Part shown: positions 35,390-44,341 of the stretch, piece by piece
Layout of the letters: every line of letters begins with the position of its first letter
Position numbering within the stretch: position 1 is the stretch's first letter
Translations under genes and position numbers: made by a program
The notes under the pieces: model-generated
What the model was told of the DNA's origin: nothing
The model's input: the letters and a program-made list of their open reading frames with translations, nothing else
The model's database searches: none
IMG/VR virus record: IMGVR_UViG_3300037100_000084
Location: 1-46,238 of that record
Direction: 5' to 3' (one strand)
DNA: 46,238 nt
Source: a virus
Lineage: Duplodnaviria; Caudoviricetes

Positions 35390-37221
35390 GTCGCTCCGCT
35401 AGAAACTTGCTCGTTAATGCCCTGGATGGCGTGACGAAGGCTCATCATGTCGGGCTGTGCGGCGGGAATCTGAGATCCCGGTGCCACTGCTGGGCCAGCC
35501 CCGGACGCGGCGAGAGCCTGGGAGAGACCTGGAGGAATGGGCGCGCCAGAAGGGCTGGTGGGCGCGGCATCGGGACCACCGGGAACGCCGCCCGGCTCCT
35601 GCGTGGCGATCTCACTCTTCGCCTGCAGCCACGCTGACCCCACGGTTATTCCCTCTTCCATCAGTTGAGACGCGCGCGCGGCGACGTCGAGCTGGGTGGG
35701 GTCAGTCGCGATGACCTGCGCGATGCCGGAAGCGACCGCGTCATTGATCTCCTCGAGCGCGACGAACATCTCTTCCTCGGCCGCGTCGTCGATCAGGGGG
35801 TGCTTGTCGCGCATGGTCTTGCGGCTCATGCCCTTCGCGGCAACCAACTGGGTGAGCGCGACCGCGTACTGGTTGATGTCGGCGCCCGGGGCGACGTAAG
35901 AGACCACGTTGTCGGTACGTTCGAAGTGCTTGTTCGGCGTGTAGGTGACCGTCTTCGCAGACCCCTGGAGACCGAGGATGCAGGTGAACTCCTTGTCGCC
36001 GTAGTAGCCCTTTTGGACCTCCATCCACGAGCGGTTCACCTCGGCGAGGGTGTACTCCATGATGAGTTGCGCCTCGGCAGCCATCGGGTTCACGCTGAAA
36101 TTGCCGAGCGCGTCGACGCCAGCACCGGTGCGCATCCCACCGTTGCTGCCGCCGTAGAGGGGTGAGGCACCAGTGCCGCCACGAATGTGGTTGTCCATCA
36201 TCTGCAGGACAGGCATCGTGGTTGGGCTCGTCTCTTTTCCGATCGTTTCGACCGTACCGTCGATCACCATGTTGATATCGCCGGTTCGACCGTCCTTCCA
36301 AACGCCACCAACGAGCTGAGGGGGCATCCCGGTGCGGCCCATGACGACCATGTCGGGGAAGATTCCCTTCTCAGCGGCCACGATCTCGAGGGCCAAGAAG
36401 CGCGAGTAGGTGTCGGAGTAGTTGATCATCGCGGTCAACTGGCCCATGATGCGGTCCAGGGTCACGCGACGAGGCACGGCAACGGGCACACAGCCAGCCT
36501 TGTTCGGCCAGCGGCCTAGCTGGATTGCGTTGTAGCCGTAGGGCCGGCTGTCGGCGTAGCCATAGGGCGGGAAGCGCGGGCCCATGACACCGATGACGAT
36601 CTGGTCCTCGTCGATCCACTCGACGACGTCCCACAAGGTGTCCCACCCCTTCGAAGAGGACATCGCCAGGTACTCGGGCGCGCCGGGGTAGTGGCTCTTG
36701 ATCCACTGCGCCGAGCGAGCGAAGAGGAAACCGCAGTCGCGAGGGGGTCGAATGTCGTCTGGTGCGCGAAGTTCGGGGTACGCGGTCAAGGGATCGCGGA
36801 TTTGGATGTCGGCGCGACCGAGGTTGTCGTCGGGAATGACGATGAACGCGCATGTTCCATAGGCTGCGAGGTGGCGATAGGCACGACCGAGCTTGAGTTC
36901 GAGCTGCGTTTCGAACCATTGACCGTAGAGAGCGCCCTGGCGAATGGCTGAAAGCTCCTCGCTCTTGGGCTTTCCGGGGTCGTAGACCGGGGTGTTGATC
37001 TTGGGCATGATTGCATTGGCCGACCTGGCCAGTCCGTCGACCGCTTCCTGGAAGAAGTTTGGACCCGGACGATTGACCGCGGGGATCGAGGAGACATCGG
37101 GCATCACGGTGATGACGTCGCCGTTGAATCGGTCGCGGTTTTGAATCGCTGCTCGAATGAGAACCGAGTCGGCGGTGCGTCGTTGGCGCATTATCGAGAT
37201 GATCTCGTCGAACTCGTACAC
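35386..37221 (-). CDS. Portal protein
   Basis: 611 aa directly after TerL; YG...I......I..RDP...YP pattern; low-complexity tail. Confidence 0.85.
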   Translation of the reverse strand: MYEFDEIISIMRQRRTADSVLIRAAIQNRDRFNGDVITVMPDVSSIPAVNRPGPNFFQEAVDGLARSANAIMPKINTPVYDPGKPKSEELSAIRQGALYGQWFETQLELKLGRAYRHLAAYGTCAFIVIPDDNLGRADIQIRDPLTAYPELRAPDDIRPPRDCGFLFARSAQWIKSHYPGAPEYLAMSSSKGWDTLWDVVEWIDEDQIVIGVMGPRFPPYGYADSRPYGYNAIQLGRWPNKAGCVPVAVPRRVTLDRIMGQLTAMINYSDTYSRFLALEIVAAEKGIFPDMVVMGRTGMPPQLVGGVWKDGRTGDINMVIDGTVETIGKETSPTTMPVLQMMDNHIRGGTGASPLYGGSNGGMRTGAGVDALGNFSVNPMAAEAQLIMEYTLAEVNRSWMEVQKGYYGDKEFTCILGLQGSAKTVTYTPNKHFERTDNVVSYVAPGADINQYAVALTQLVAAKGMSRKTMRDKHPLIDDAAEEEMFVALEEINDAVASGIAQVIATDPTQLDVAARASQLMEEGITVGSAWLQAKSEIATQEPGGVPGGPDAAPTSPSGAPIPPGLSQALAASGAGPAVAPGSQIPAAQPDMMSLRHAIQGINEQVSSGAT

Positions 37222-39135
37222 CTAGGCGCCCACCTTCTCCGTCAGTCGGTCCCAATTCTGTTCGTAAGTGATCGGTGCGCGCGCCCTCTCAGCTTCGTCC
37301 AGCCCTTCGAGATGAGTCCTGGCATGAGGATAGTGGGTCGCATCGTCCATACCCTGGCGTTTCCACCCCGAAAGATCGAACTCGACCTGCTCGCGGAGCT
37401 TCTTCCACAGCAGGTAGCAGAACCAGAGCGCCATCACCTCGTCTTGGACCAGGCGCTTCGAGGGGATGTCGGGACGCCACGATTTGAGTTGGTCGAACAG
37501 GCGCGAGAAGCCGATGTGATCAGCGCTGATCTTGGGAAAGCGAATCTCGCCGCGACAGATCGCGGCCATCATCGTCGGGACGCCGAGCTTCTCGTCTTCC
37601 TTTTGGCCACCCGTGTGGTGGCCCACCGCGTTGAATTTGAACTCGTCGCGCAACTCGAGGAAGGCATCGTCGGTCAAATAGCCTGATTGGAGGGTGTTGT
37701 TCTCGATCACCCACCAGTCCGGCTTGTACTTCATGGTGCCGCGTTGGATCTCGGCGAACATCCGCTGGTTGGTGGTCGGCTTGTAGAGGTCGATCACGTC
37801 CAGCACGAAGAGGTGTTGGGAGTCGTACCCACAGTGCACGTAGGCTGCGTGGTTCTGCAGCGACGGGTCGAAGCCGGCCATGCGTGCGACTTCGCCTTTG
37901 GCCGGTTGGCCCACCTGGCGGTCAAGGTCGGTGGCGTCGAGGATGTTCTCGTCAGTGAGGAGTGAACTGAAGTCGCTCTGGGGCTGTTGCATATAGACGC
38001 GCGACCACTGGTCCTCGCCCACCTTCTCGCGACGCTGGGCCAGGTCCTCGTCGGACCAGCCCATCTGCTCGCCGGCCTCATTGACGATCGGTACGCCATC
38101 GGGGGTCGTCTGGCGGGGGAAGTTCGACTGCTGGCCAAAGGGCTTGTGCAGGTCAAGGGCTGGCAGGATGAAGAGCTCGTCGATCAACTCGAGGCGCTCC
38201 ATCTCGCCGTAGACGTCCTCGCGACCGACTCGAGACCCCGCGAAGATGAGCTTGCCGTCCTTGCCGGGACGCGTGACGACGTCACCTCGGATGACCTGGA
38301 TGATCTTCGCGGTCGCGGTCAGGTTGCGCAGGGACTGGATGTCGTCGCCATAGACCCGGTTCCAGCGAAGTCCTCGGATCGCGCCCAAGATCCCGACGCT
38401 GAGAACGGTCGGGTCGGCCTCGTCATGGTCGGACGTCAGGATGGTGAACTCATCGGCGTTCCACTTCTTCGGGCTGGAGGGTGCCGGCTTGAAAGGACCA
38501 AAATGCTCGATGAGAGGAGGTACGCCGTCGCCGCCGTCGTAGGTGAGCCGGCGCTGGAGTCGCCCGAGCTGCTTGCGCGCGAGGTCCTGGCCTTCAGAGA
38601 GAAGCGCGATGCGAAAGTTCGGGTCGTCGCAGATGTCGCCCACGATGACGTCTGAGATCAGGGTCGACTTCGTCCACTCAGGCGGGATGAGGATCAGCGT
38701 GATGCCACCGGCCGGCGCGCGCTCGAGAGCCTCGAGCATCTTCCACTGGTGATCGAAGGTGTCGTGGTTGAAGTACTGCTTGCGAAAGTCGACCTGGTAC
38801 TCGACCCAGGTTTTGTAGTTTTTCCGAAGGACTGGCTCGAACTCGTCTTGGCGTTGGCGCCACGGCATGCTGGCTTGGCGCTGCGAATTGAGCCACGCCT
38901 CTTGGGCCGCGGTCGCGCCTTGGGCGAACTTGGCCGACTTATACATCCAGTCGTAGTACGTTTTCCCTGATCGCCCCACCATCCCCATGGCCTCTTCGGG
39001 AGTCTTCCCCTGGCGAAGGTGGCCGATCACCTCGACGCGGGCCTTTTCCATGGCGTCGGTGGCACGACGTCGCGAGGGCGTGTCGCCTACTCGCCTCCCG
39101 ATCGTTCCCTTATCAGGGTCGGGCTTTTTCGTCAC
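37222..39135 (-). CDS. terL: Terminase large subunit with N-terminal HTH extension
   Basis: PPEWTKST (Walker A-like), IRG.R....GDD (Walker B-like), YMQQP, GFDPS, QD.VMALWF nuclease motifs. Confidence 0.9.
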   Translation of the reverse strand: MTKKPDPDKGTIGRRVGDTPSRRRATDAMEKARVEVIGHLRQGKTPEEAMGMVGRSGKTYYDWMYKSAKFAQGATAAQEAWLNSQRQASMPWRQRQDEFEPVLRKNYKTWVEYQVDFRKQYFNHDTFDHQWKMLEALERAPAGGITLILIPPEWTKSTLISDVIVGDICDDPNFRIALLSEGQDLARKQLGRLQRRLTYDGGDGVPPLIEHFGPFKPAPSSPKKWNADEFTILTSDHDEADPTVLSVGILGAIRGLRWNRVYGDDIQSLRNLTATAKIIQVIRGDVVTRPGKDGKLIFAGSRVGREDVYGEMERLELIDELFILPALDLHKPFGQQSNFPRQTTPDGVPIVNEAGEQMGWSDEDLAQRREKVGEDQWSRVYMQQPQSDFSSLLTDENILDATDLDRQVGQPAKGEVARMAGFDPSLQNHAAYVHCGYDSQHLFVLDVIDLYKPTTNQRMFAEIQRGTMKYKPDWWVIENNTLQSGYLTDDAFLELRDEFKFNAVGHHTGGQKEDEKLGVPTMMAAICRGEIRFPKISADHIGFSRLFDQLKSWRPDIPSKRLVQDEVMALWFCYLLWKKLREQVEFDLSGWKRQGMDDATHYPHARTHLEGLDEAERARAPITYEQNWDRLTEKVGA

Positions 39136-39141
39136 AGCGAC

Positions 39142-39147
39142 ATTGTA
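39142..39147 (-). promoter_or_regulatory. -10 hexamer for a putative leaderless terL transcript
   Basis: TACAAT 6 nt before the GTG; no SD. Confidence 0.5.
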
Positions 39148-39260
39148 GGCAGTGAAGGCGTCGAGTTTGTGCTACCGAGGAGTGTCGGACCACTCGGCAT
39201 CTCTGGGCCTCACGGTGACCAGACACGACGCCTTCACTGCTTCACGGGGAAAGGTTCACC

Positions 39261-39290
39261 AGAACAAAGCCCCCGTGTCGGGCCAGGGGC
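39261..39290 (-). terminator. Possible intrinsic terminator
   Basis: gcccct..gggggc stem followed by tttgttct on the minus strand. Confidence 0.4.
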
Positions 39291-39311
39291 ACACAGCCCC
39301 GACCGCGATCT

Positions 39312-39404
39312 TTACTTCTTGAGCAACTCCTTTAGCCCTTTGGCGATCATTCCGACCGTGAACAAGAACACGATCACGATGGCGGTGGCTTCGACGACGA
39401 GCAC
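39312..39404 (-). CDS. 30-aa transmembrane peptide
   Basis: Own translation VLVVEATAIVIVFLFTVGMIAKGLKELLKK; TAGTG overlap. Confidence 0.45.
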   Translation of the reverse strand: MLVVEATAIVIVFLFTVGMIAKGLKELLKK

Positions 39405-39655
39405 TAGGAGAGTCCCGGGAAGTGCTGTTGGTCGAGGTGCACGCCCTTTGCGTTCAATTGCGCGAGGCGCTTGAACATCTCGGCGGGCGTGATCCCGAGG
39501 TCCCAGAACTGTGAGCTCACCGCGGCGTCGATGTCACTGAAGCCGAACCTCTTCGCGATGTCGACCAGTGCGTCGTGATACTGGAGGAAGTGCCCCACCT
39601 CGTTGGCGAGGATCTGGGCGCGAACGCCCTCTACCGCACCGTCTTCGTCTCTCAC
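39404..39655 (-). CDS. Hypothetical protein
   Basis: Start moved to the GTGA overlap (MRDEDG...). Confidence 0.6.
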   Translation of the reverse strand: MRDEDGAVEGVRAQILANEVGHFLQYHDALVDIAKRFGFSDIDAAVSSQFWDLGITPAEMFKRLAQLNAKGVHLDQQHFPGLS

Positions 39656-39984
39656 GGCTGGGTCTGCCCTCGATCGGCGTTGCCGAGGAACCCACGGCCG
39701 GCCACCGTTTTGCCCTTGGGTCGACGAGTCGTCCGCTTGGCGCACGTGTCGAAGTGGCAGGTGTAACGCAACCGAGGGTCAGTGGGAGTCGGCGAACACA
39801 TCTTGCCGACGATCGGAGCACCGTCGCTCGAGTGTCCCACGATCGTGAATTTCCCTGCGGCGTTGGGATAGAAGTCCATCACCATGATCTTGCCTTTGCG
39901 CGTCTTCACCTTCGCGACTGTGCGATCGCAGCGATAGCAGAGCTCGGGGTAACCGATCTTCTCCATGGTCTCCGTCGCAGACAT
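39652..39984 (-). CDS. Hypothetical Cys/His protein (C..C...K....D......G...CHF.TC)
   Basis: ORF track; promoter directly upstream. Confidence 0.7.
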   Translation of the reverse strand: MSATETMEKIGYPELCYRCDRTVAKVKTRKGKIMVMDFYPNAAGKFTIVGHSSDGAPIVGKMCSPTPTDPRLRYTCHFDTCAKRTTRRPKGKTVAGRGFLGNADRGQTQP

Positions 39985-39990
39985 ACTGCC

Positions 39991-40019
39991 ATGTTACATG
40001 CGCGACGCACTCATTTCAA
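39991..40019 (-). promoter_or_regulatory. Leftward SigA-like promoter giving a leaderless mRNA
   Basis: TTGAAA-17 bp-TAACAT, 6 nt before the ATG at 39984. Confidence 0.7.
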
Positions 40020-40091
40020 GGCATTACATGAATGTAGTTAAAGCCACGACCAGGGAGTTCACAACGACATTTCACGAAAACCCTTTAGTAC

Positions 40092-40120
40092 TTGTAATCC
40101 TTGACACGCCTTTATAGACT
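40092..40120 (+). promoter_or_regulatory. Possible rightward promoter into the non-coding region
   Basis: TTGTAA-17 bp-TAGACT. Confidence 0.45.
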
Positions 40121-40324
40121 CACAGTCTCGTCACCTTCGTTCCTCGCCTGCCCTCCTCGGGGTCTTTCGGCTCCGGGTCCTTCGCTTGCCAGGCAACTCA
40201 TCGGGAATCATCAGGACTGACGCGCTTCGCTTGTCTCTGCGCGTCGCTTCGCTCCTTGCGCCTCATCAGCACCCGGCCTGATCGGGTCAAGTTCGCCAGT
40301 CGCCAAGTTGAGAATCTCTCAGGA

Positions 40325-40340
40325 TGTTTCACGTGAAACC
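40325..40340. promoter_or_regulatory. parS: parS site (ParB-binding centromere)
   Basis: tgtttcacgtgaaacc, 15/16 to TGTTTCACGTGAAACA; perfect 14-bp palindrome GTTTCACGTGAAAC. Confidence 0.8.
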
Positions 40341-40460
40341 TTCCACTGGCTAGACCGGAAAGTAGCCAGACGAGTTCAGGCTGGTCAATCTGGTCGCTCA
40401 GAGTCAAGAATCAAGGTCCAGAAGAATACCGAGAAATTCCTCTGGGAGGCATAACGCACA

Positions 40461-40542
40461 AGCAGTCGTCGTCGCCGACACATGACCCCTTAGACAACAA
40501 CTGCAAGTGACTTGCGACTCGACTGGGGCGACGACGACTGCT
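40461..40542. repeat. Perfect 16-bp inverted repeat with 50-nt spacer
   Basis: agcagtcgtcgtcgcc (40461-40476) / ggcgacgacgactgct (40527-40542). Confidence 0.9.
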
Positions 40543-40872
40543 CTGCCGCGTGCGGCTGGTCGCCGCACACCCACTGTCAGCGCGCGTCGCCAGTGCAGGA
40601 CACGCATCGAACGACCCAGTGATATTGAGTGCGATACCAGTAAGTGGCGACTTGCGCAACGCCTAGCGCCGCTCAACTTGGCGGGGTTGACGAGGATTCA
40701 CCCAGTAGGCCGGGTGCAAAGCTGTGATAACTGCGGCGAGAATTGACTGGGGGGCAACGTCGCTGTGATCATGGCGCGCGTCGCTACCGCTTGACCCTGT
40801 GGGTAACGTGTCGAGAGATCCGGCGCGCTCACGAAATCACCACGTTTTCAACAGGTTTCGCGCTCGAATGAC

Positions 40873-40901
40873 TTGACGCCCCGCCAGTATTCTGCGATAC
40901 T
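40873..40901 (+). promoter_or_regulatory. Early rightward SigA-like promoter
   Basis: TTGACG-17 bp-GATACT with TG extension, ahead of the plus-strand gene run. Confidence 0.65.
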
Positions 40902-40948
40902 TGAGACGGTGCATACGGGTGCGCTGAAGTGAAATCGAAGGGACAAGC

Positions 40949-41086
40949 ATGATCAACTGTTCAAAGTGTGGTGGCGAAATCCACCCGCTAGAAGTTTTTC
41001 CTGGTGACAAGTGCATTAACTGTCACGCGGAAACTTTCACGATGCCAACGGCCGAAGACCTCACGCGCCTATGGGGTGGCAAGTGA
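40949..41086 (+). CDS. 45-aa zinc-finger protein MINCSKCGG...CINCH
   Basis: Own translation; GAAGGGA SD. Confidence 0.7.
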   Translation: MINCSKCGGEIHPLEVFPGDKCINCHAETFTMPTAEDLTRLWGGK

Positions 41087-41226
41087 TGACCGGCGGCGAC
41101 GAGGCAATCAAAGCGATTAAGGCTAGCCAGGCGCGAATTCACCAGGCAAGCGAAAAAGTGTTACGCGCCTACGCGGCCGCTGACGACATCGTAAACGCTA
41201 TCGAAGGAGAACTATTGCCAGCATGA
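41086..41226 (+). CDS. 46-aa helical peptide
   Basis: Own translation; TGATG coupling. Confidence 0.55.
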   Translation: MTGGDEAIKAIKASQARIHQASEKVLRAYAAADDIVNAIEGELLPA

Positions 41227-41317
41227 GACCGGCGCCTAGCGCGCCTACTGGGCCCGGTTACGCGGACCCGGTAGGGGTGAGAGTCACCCGAGAATCAAAG
41301 TAAATGAAGGGATTTAC

Positions 41318-41659
41318 ATGACCATGACCGAGACCAGGCAGGACGCGCGGAGCGCGCTCTACCTGCAGCTGGGCGAAACGCGGTACGAAACCGTGCGCGC
41401 TACGCTTACGAAGAAAGCCAGTATTTCGGCCGTTTTAAAGGGTTTGCAGTCTGTACGGGAGACTGAGACGCACCGGCGCGCCGAGATCATCGCCAAGACC
41501 GAAACAGTCAAAGGCGAAATGTTCCTCTCGCCAAGCGGGACATTCGTTTACGTGCTCAAGCCCGAAACGAGAAAGATCAACGGAGTCTCAACCAAGATGA
41601 TGAGCGTAAAGCACGTCATTCCTGTTGGCGACGTGCTGAGTTTCGAGGTGAAGCGATGA
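41318..41659 (+). CDS. Early hypothetical protein
   Basis: ORF track; GAAGGGA SD. Confidence 0.75.
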   Translation: MTMTETRQDARSALYLQLGETRYETVRATLTKKASISAVLKGLQSVRETETHRRAEIIAKTETVKGEMFLSPSGTFVYVLKPETRKINGVSTKMMSVKHVIPVGDVLSFEVKR

Positions 41660-41943
41660 CCGATCGCGCCGAGATCACCATTACCGAAATTCGCGCTGAC
41701 GAGGTAACAAGCATCGCGAAGATCCCGGGAATTGGGTACCGTTTCCGTGTTGTCTACGTGCTCGAGGATGGCACCGAGGAGCACAGCACCGAGACCCGCC
41801 GCCTACTGCGCGACGCAAAAGCCGAGCTGATGAGCTTGCCCAAGTCACCAGCACACCCTATGAAGGCGTGCTACACCGATGGCGAGTTTTGGGGAACCAG
41901 CACGAGCTACTACATTGGCCCGCGAGTGGGAGTAACCCAATGA
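41656..41943 (+). CDS. Early hypothetical protein
   Basis: ATGA overlap; GAGGTG SD. Confidence 0.75.
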   Translation: MTDRAEITITEIRADEVTSIAKIPGIGYRFRVVYVLEDGTEEHSTETRRLLRDAKAELMSLPKSPAHPMKACYTDGEFWGTSTSYYIGPRVGVTQ

Positions 41944-42230
41944 ACGAGGCCCGCCTAGACGCACTGTCACAGTGCGCGCGCGCAGTCGACGAGGTGCTAG
42001 ACACCATTCTGCGAAACCACGAGCCAGAAGCCTGGCAAGTGCTCACAGACGCCCGCGAAGCCGTTTTAGAGTCGGCAGACCCAGAGCTAGCAGCAACGTG
42101 GCGGGATCTCGAGAAGCAAGTGCGCGACTACGAAGACGGCGACCAAACCATGAACCAGGATCAGTACGAAGAGACCAGAGACGCGCGCGAAGAGGCTTTC
42201 TTCGCCATCGTGACAGATTGGAGGAACTAA
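41940..42230 (+). CDS. Early hypothetical acidic protein
   Basis: Start moved to MNEARL at ATGA overlap; GGGAG SD. Confidence 0.7.
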   Translation: MNEARLDALSQCARAVDEVLDTILRNHEPEAWQVLTDAREAVLESADPELAATWRDLEKQVRDYEDGDQTMNQDQYEETRDAREEAFFAIVTDWRN

Positions 42231-42355
42231 CAGGACCCAGCACGCGGAGCGCGTGCGCGCTGTCGATTGTCCCCGGCAGTGCGCAGGCGTTTCGAGTGAG
42301 ATCCATTCGATCGCTTCGCTGTTACCATGCGCAATAGGTCGCGCGAGGAGGAGAG

Positions 42356-42928
42356 ATGAGAAAGTCACTGGCCGCTGTCGCCGTGTTCGCTACGCTCGCC
42401 AATGTTTCGCTCGCCGGCGCGGCCGGGATCCACCAGCGCGCTCCCTACCAGGCGTTTGGCAATCTCTCGGGCGTGGGCGACTGCGGATATGAGAGCGACG
42501 CCAACCTGGTCCTACACCGCTGGCCACGCGCACGCATTACCACCGACGAAGTTGAGTCTGCCTATGACAACCTCGGTAACTTGTTCGCGGGCACGGACGT
42601 GACCACTGACGGTGGAGAGATCTGGACCGCGCAAGGACTATGGACCGCGCAGAACTACCTGTTATCCAAAGGCTTTGGTGGACACCGCGCGACGTCGATC
42701 GTTCAGGTAACTACCCGCGCAACGGAGATCGCCAGCGCCAACGACGGCGGTCTCGAGGTCGTGAACGAAGGCCCGGTGAGAATGCACGTGTTTGACATCA
42801 TCGCAGCGAATCGCACGCACGTGGTGATCGTCGACGACGGCTACGTGTATCACTACTCGTGGGCATGGCTCGACTGGGCCTACACGCAGAACTCAGAGAC
42901 CCTGAGCTACTACGCTGTCACCTGGTAA
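42356..42928 (+). CDS. Secreted papain-fold (cysteine peptidase-like) protein
   Basis: GAGGAGG SD; Sec-type signal peptide; GN....GDC and later H-V-F motif. Confidence 0.6.
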   Translation: MRKSLAAVAVFATLANVSLAGAAGIHQRAPYQAFGNLSGVGDCGYESDANLVLHRWPRARITTDEVESAYDNLGNLFAGTDVTTDGGEIWTAQGLWTAQNYLLSKGFGGHRATSIVQVTTRATEIASANDGGLEVVNEGPVRMHVFDIIAANRTHVVIVDDGYVYHYSWAWLDWAYTQNSETLSYYAVTW

Positions 42929-43133
42929 TTCGGTCCCACTGCGCGTACAGAACCTCGGGATCGCCGTCGCAGTTGTCGATGCGACGCCAAAGCTCCTCGG
43001 GGCTGGATTGCAACATTTCGTGTGAAGTTTCTACATCGATTGTTGCAACGTCGCCCCGCAGAAGTAGCGCGAGCGCGTCCTCAAACTCCATGTTCATCTT
43101 GATGGGTGTGTCGTAGTCAGGGTAATTCCTCAC
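42918..43133 (-). CDS. Hypothetical protein
   Basis: GTGA overlap with the resolvase gene. Confidence 0.5.
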   Translation of the reverse strand: MRNYPDYDTPIKMNMEFEDALALLLRGDVATIDVETSHEMLQSSPEELWRRIDNCDGDPEVLYAQWDRITR

Positions 43134-43621
43134 TTCTTTCGCGCATCCTTCGCCGCCGCCTTGAGCGTCTCGCGCTCCATGGTCGCCAGGTAGGTCATAT
43201 CGCACACCACGATCGTCGCGCCGACGTGAGAGAGGCCCACGGCGTACATCTTGACCGCACCAATGGAGTAGACCAGCGAGTCGTCGGCCAACAGGCCGGC
43301 GTCGACCATGGAGTCGAGACACGAGCGAATCAGCTTGTCGATGTCGGGCTTAGTCGTGTGCAGGACGCGGTACGGATCAGACTTCACGACCGGCAGTCTG
43401 AACTCGATATGGACGGACACGGGCCCACTGAAGGGCATCCCGCGGTCCTCCAGCGCCTCAAGGGCACCTTCAGCGACCAGCGTGCGCCAGACCTTGTGCT
43501 TCTCACGTCCAGTCTTCGAACTTCCATCCACGACCACGGCGCGCTTGCCGACCACGAAGGCCGACTTTGATCCTTGGGGATGGGGGACGCCTATGACCTT
43601 GAACTCAATATCGGCGGTCAC
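43130..43621 (-). CDS. rusA: RusA-like Holliday junction resolvase
   Basis: G.P.PQGSK...WR...KPDIDKL.R...D......DDS.V. Confidence 0.9.
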   Translation of the reverse strand: MTADIEFKVIGVPHPQGSKSAFVVGKRAVVVDGSSKTGREKHKVWRTLVAEGALEALEDRGMPFSGPVSVHIEFRLPVVKSDPYRVLHTTKPDIDKLIRSCLDSMVDAGLLADDSLVYSIGAVKMYAVGLSHVGATIVVCDMTYLATMERETLKAAAKDARKK

Positions 43622-43908
43622 GCGTCGACGCGCCTGCAAAGTTCACGAGCGAGTCCTACGCGAGCGTGTGGACTGATGCCGTGGCTGGAGATCGTGTAGT
43701 AGCCACTGTCTCCGTCGGGGTGAACGAACTGAACCACGACGATCCAGTCGCCGAGCAGTGAGCCCTCAGGGATGGAGTGGTCGTCGCCCCAGTCGCAGTC
43801 GGCCGGCGCATCGAGACGGTTCGCCTCGCTGAGGTGCGTCTGCTCGCTCGCCAGGGTCGACGCGATCGAGTCTTTGACTAGCTCGAGTACCTGCTCGCCG
43901 TCGGTCAT
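43618..43908 (-). CDS. Hypothetical protein
   Basis: ORF track; overlap with next gene. Confidence 0.65.
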   Translation of the reverse strand: MTDGEQVLELVKDSIASTLASEQTHLSEANRLDAPADCDWGDDHSIPEGSLLGDWIVVVQFVHPDGDSGYYTISSHGISPHARVGLARELCRRVDA

Positions 43909-43990
43909 TCACGGTCCTGATCGTAAATAGTTCCACATGTGTGTGGGCCGTTCAATTCGTCCTCGAGGTAGCACGCCACGCACCGGCCAC

Positions 43991-44341
43991 TCAGTACCCG
44001 TGACACGTGCCACCAAGGTCGGGCATCCCGTTCACCTTCGCGAACTGATACAGCGCCCACGTCTGTTCGAGTGGCGTCGCTAAGTTCATGGAGAAGGGCA
44101 TCCAGGACAGTCTGTACGTCGCCCACGTTGCTGATCTCCAACCCAAACCGCCGAAATACTTCGGCCCATCGATCGCCCACGGGTCCGGCTGGCCATCCTC
44201 CTCGCAGTGATCCACCCACCTCCCTTGGACCATCATCACGGGCGTGACGTGGAGCTGCGCCGGCGTCATTGGAATGGGAGCGCCGGCGTGCGACGAAAGA
44301 GAGAAGCTCAGAACTAAAGAAATTTTGGCTGCTAGAAACAC
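43991..44341 (-). CDS. Secreted Rpf-like / transglycosylase-domain protein
   Basis: Signal-like N-terminus; CEEDG...YFGGLG....TW.......ATPLEQ. Confidence 0.72.
   Translation of the reverse strand: MFLAAKISLVLSFSLSSHAGAPIPMTPAQLHVTPVMMVQGRWVDHCEEDGQPDPWAIDGPKYFGGLGWRSATWATYRLSWMPFSMNLATPLEQTWALYQFAKVNGMPDLGGTCHGY

Noticed and set aside
24335-39474. Long plus-strand ORFs such as 24335..25375, 30078..31523, 32886..34055 and 37987..38655
   Set aside because: Antisense shadows of GC-rich minus-strand genes, with no recognisable motifs
40198-40746. ORFs 40198..40407, 40404..40676, 40411..40659 and 40507..40746
   Set aside because: No SD, atypical composition, mutually overlapping, and they lie across the inverted repeats and parS
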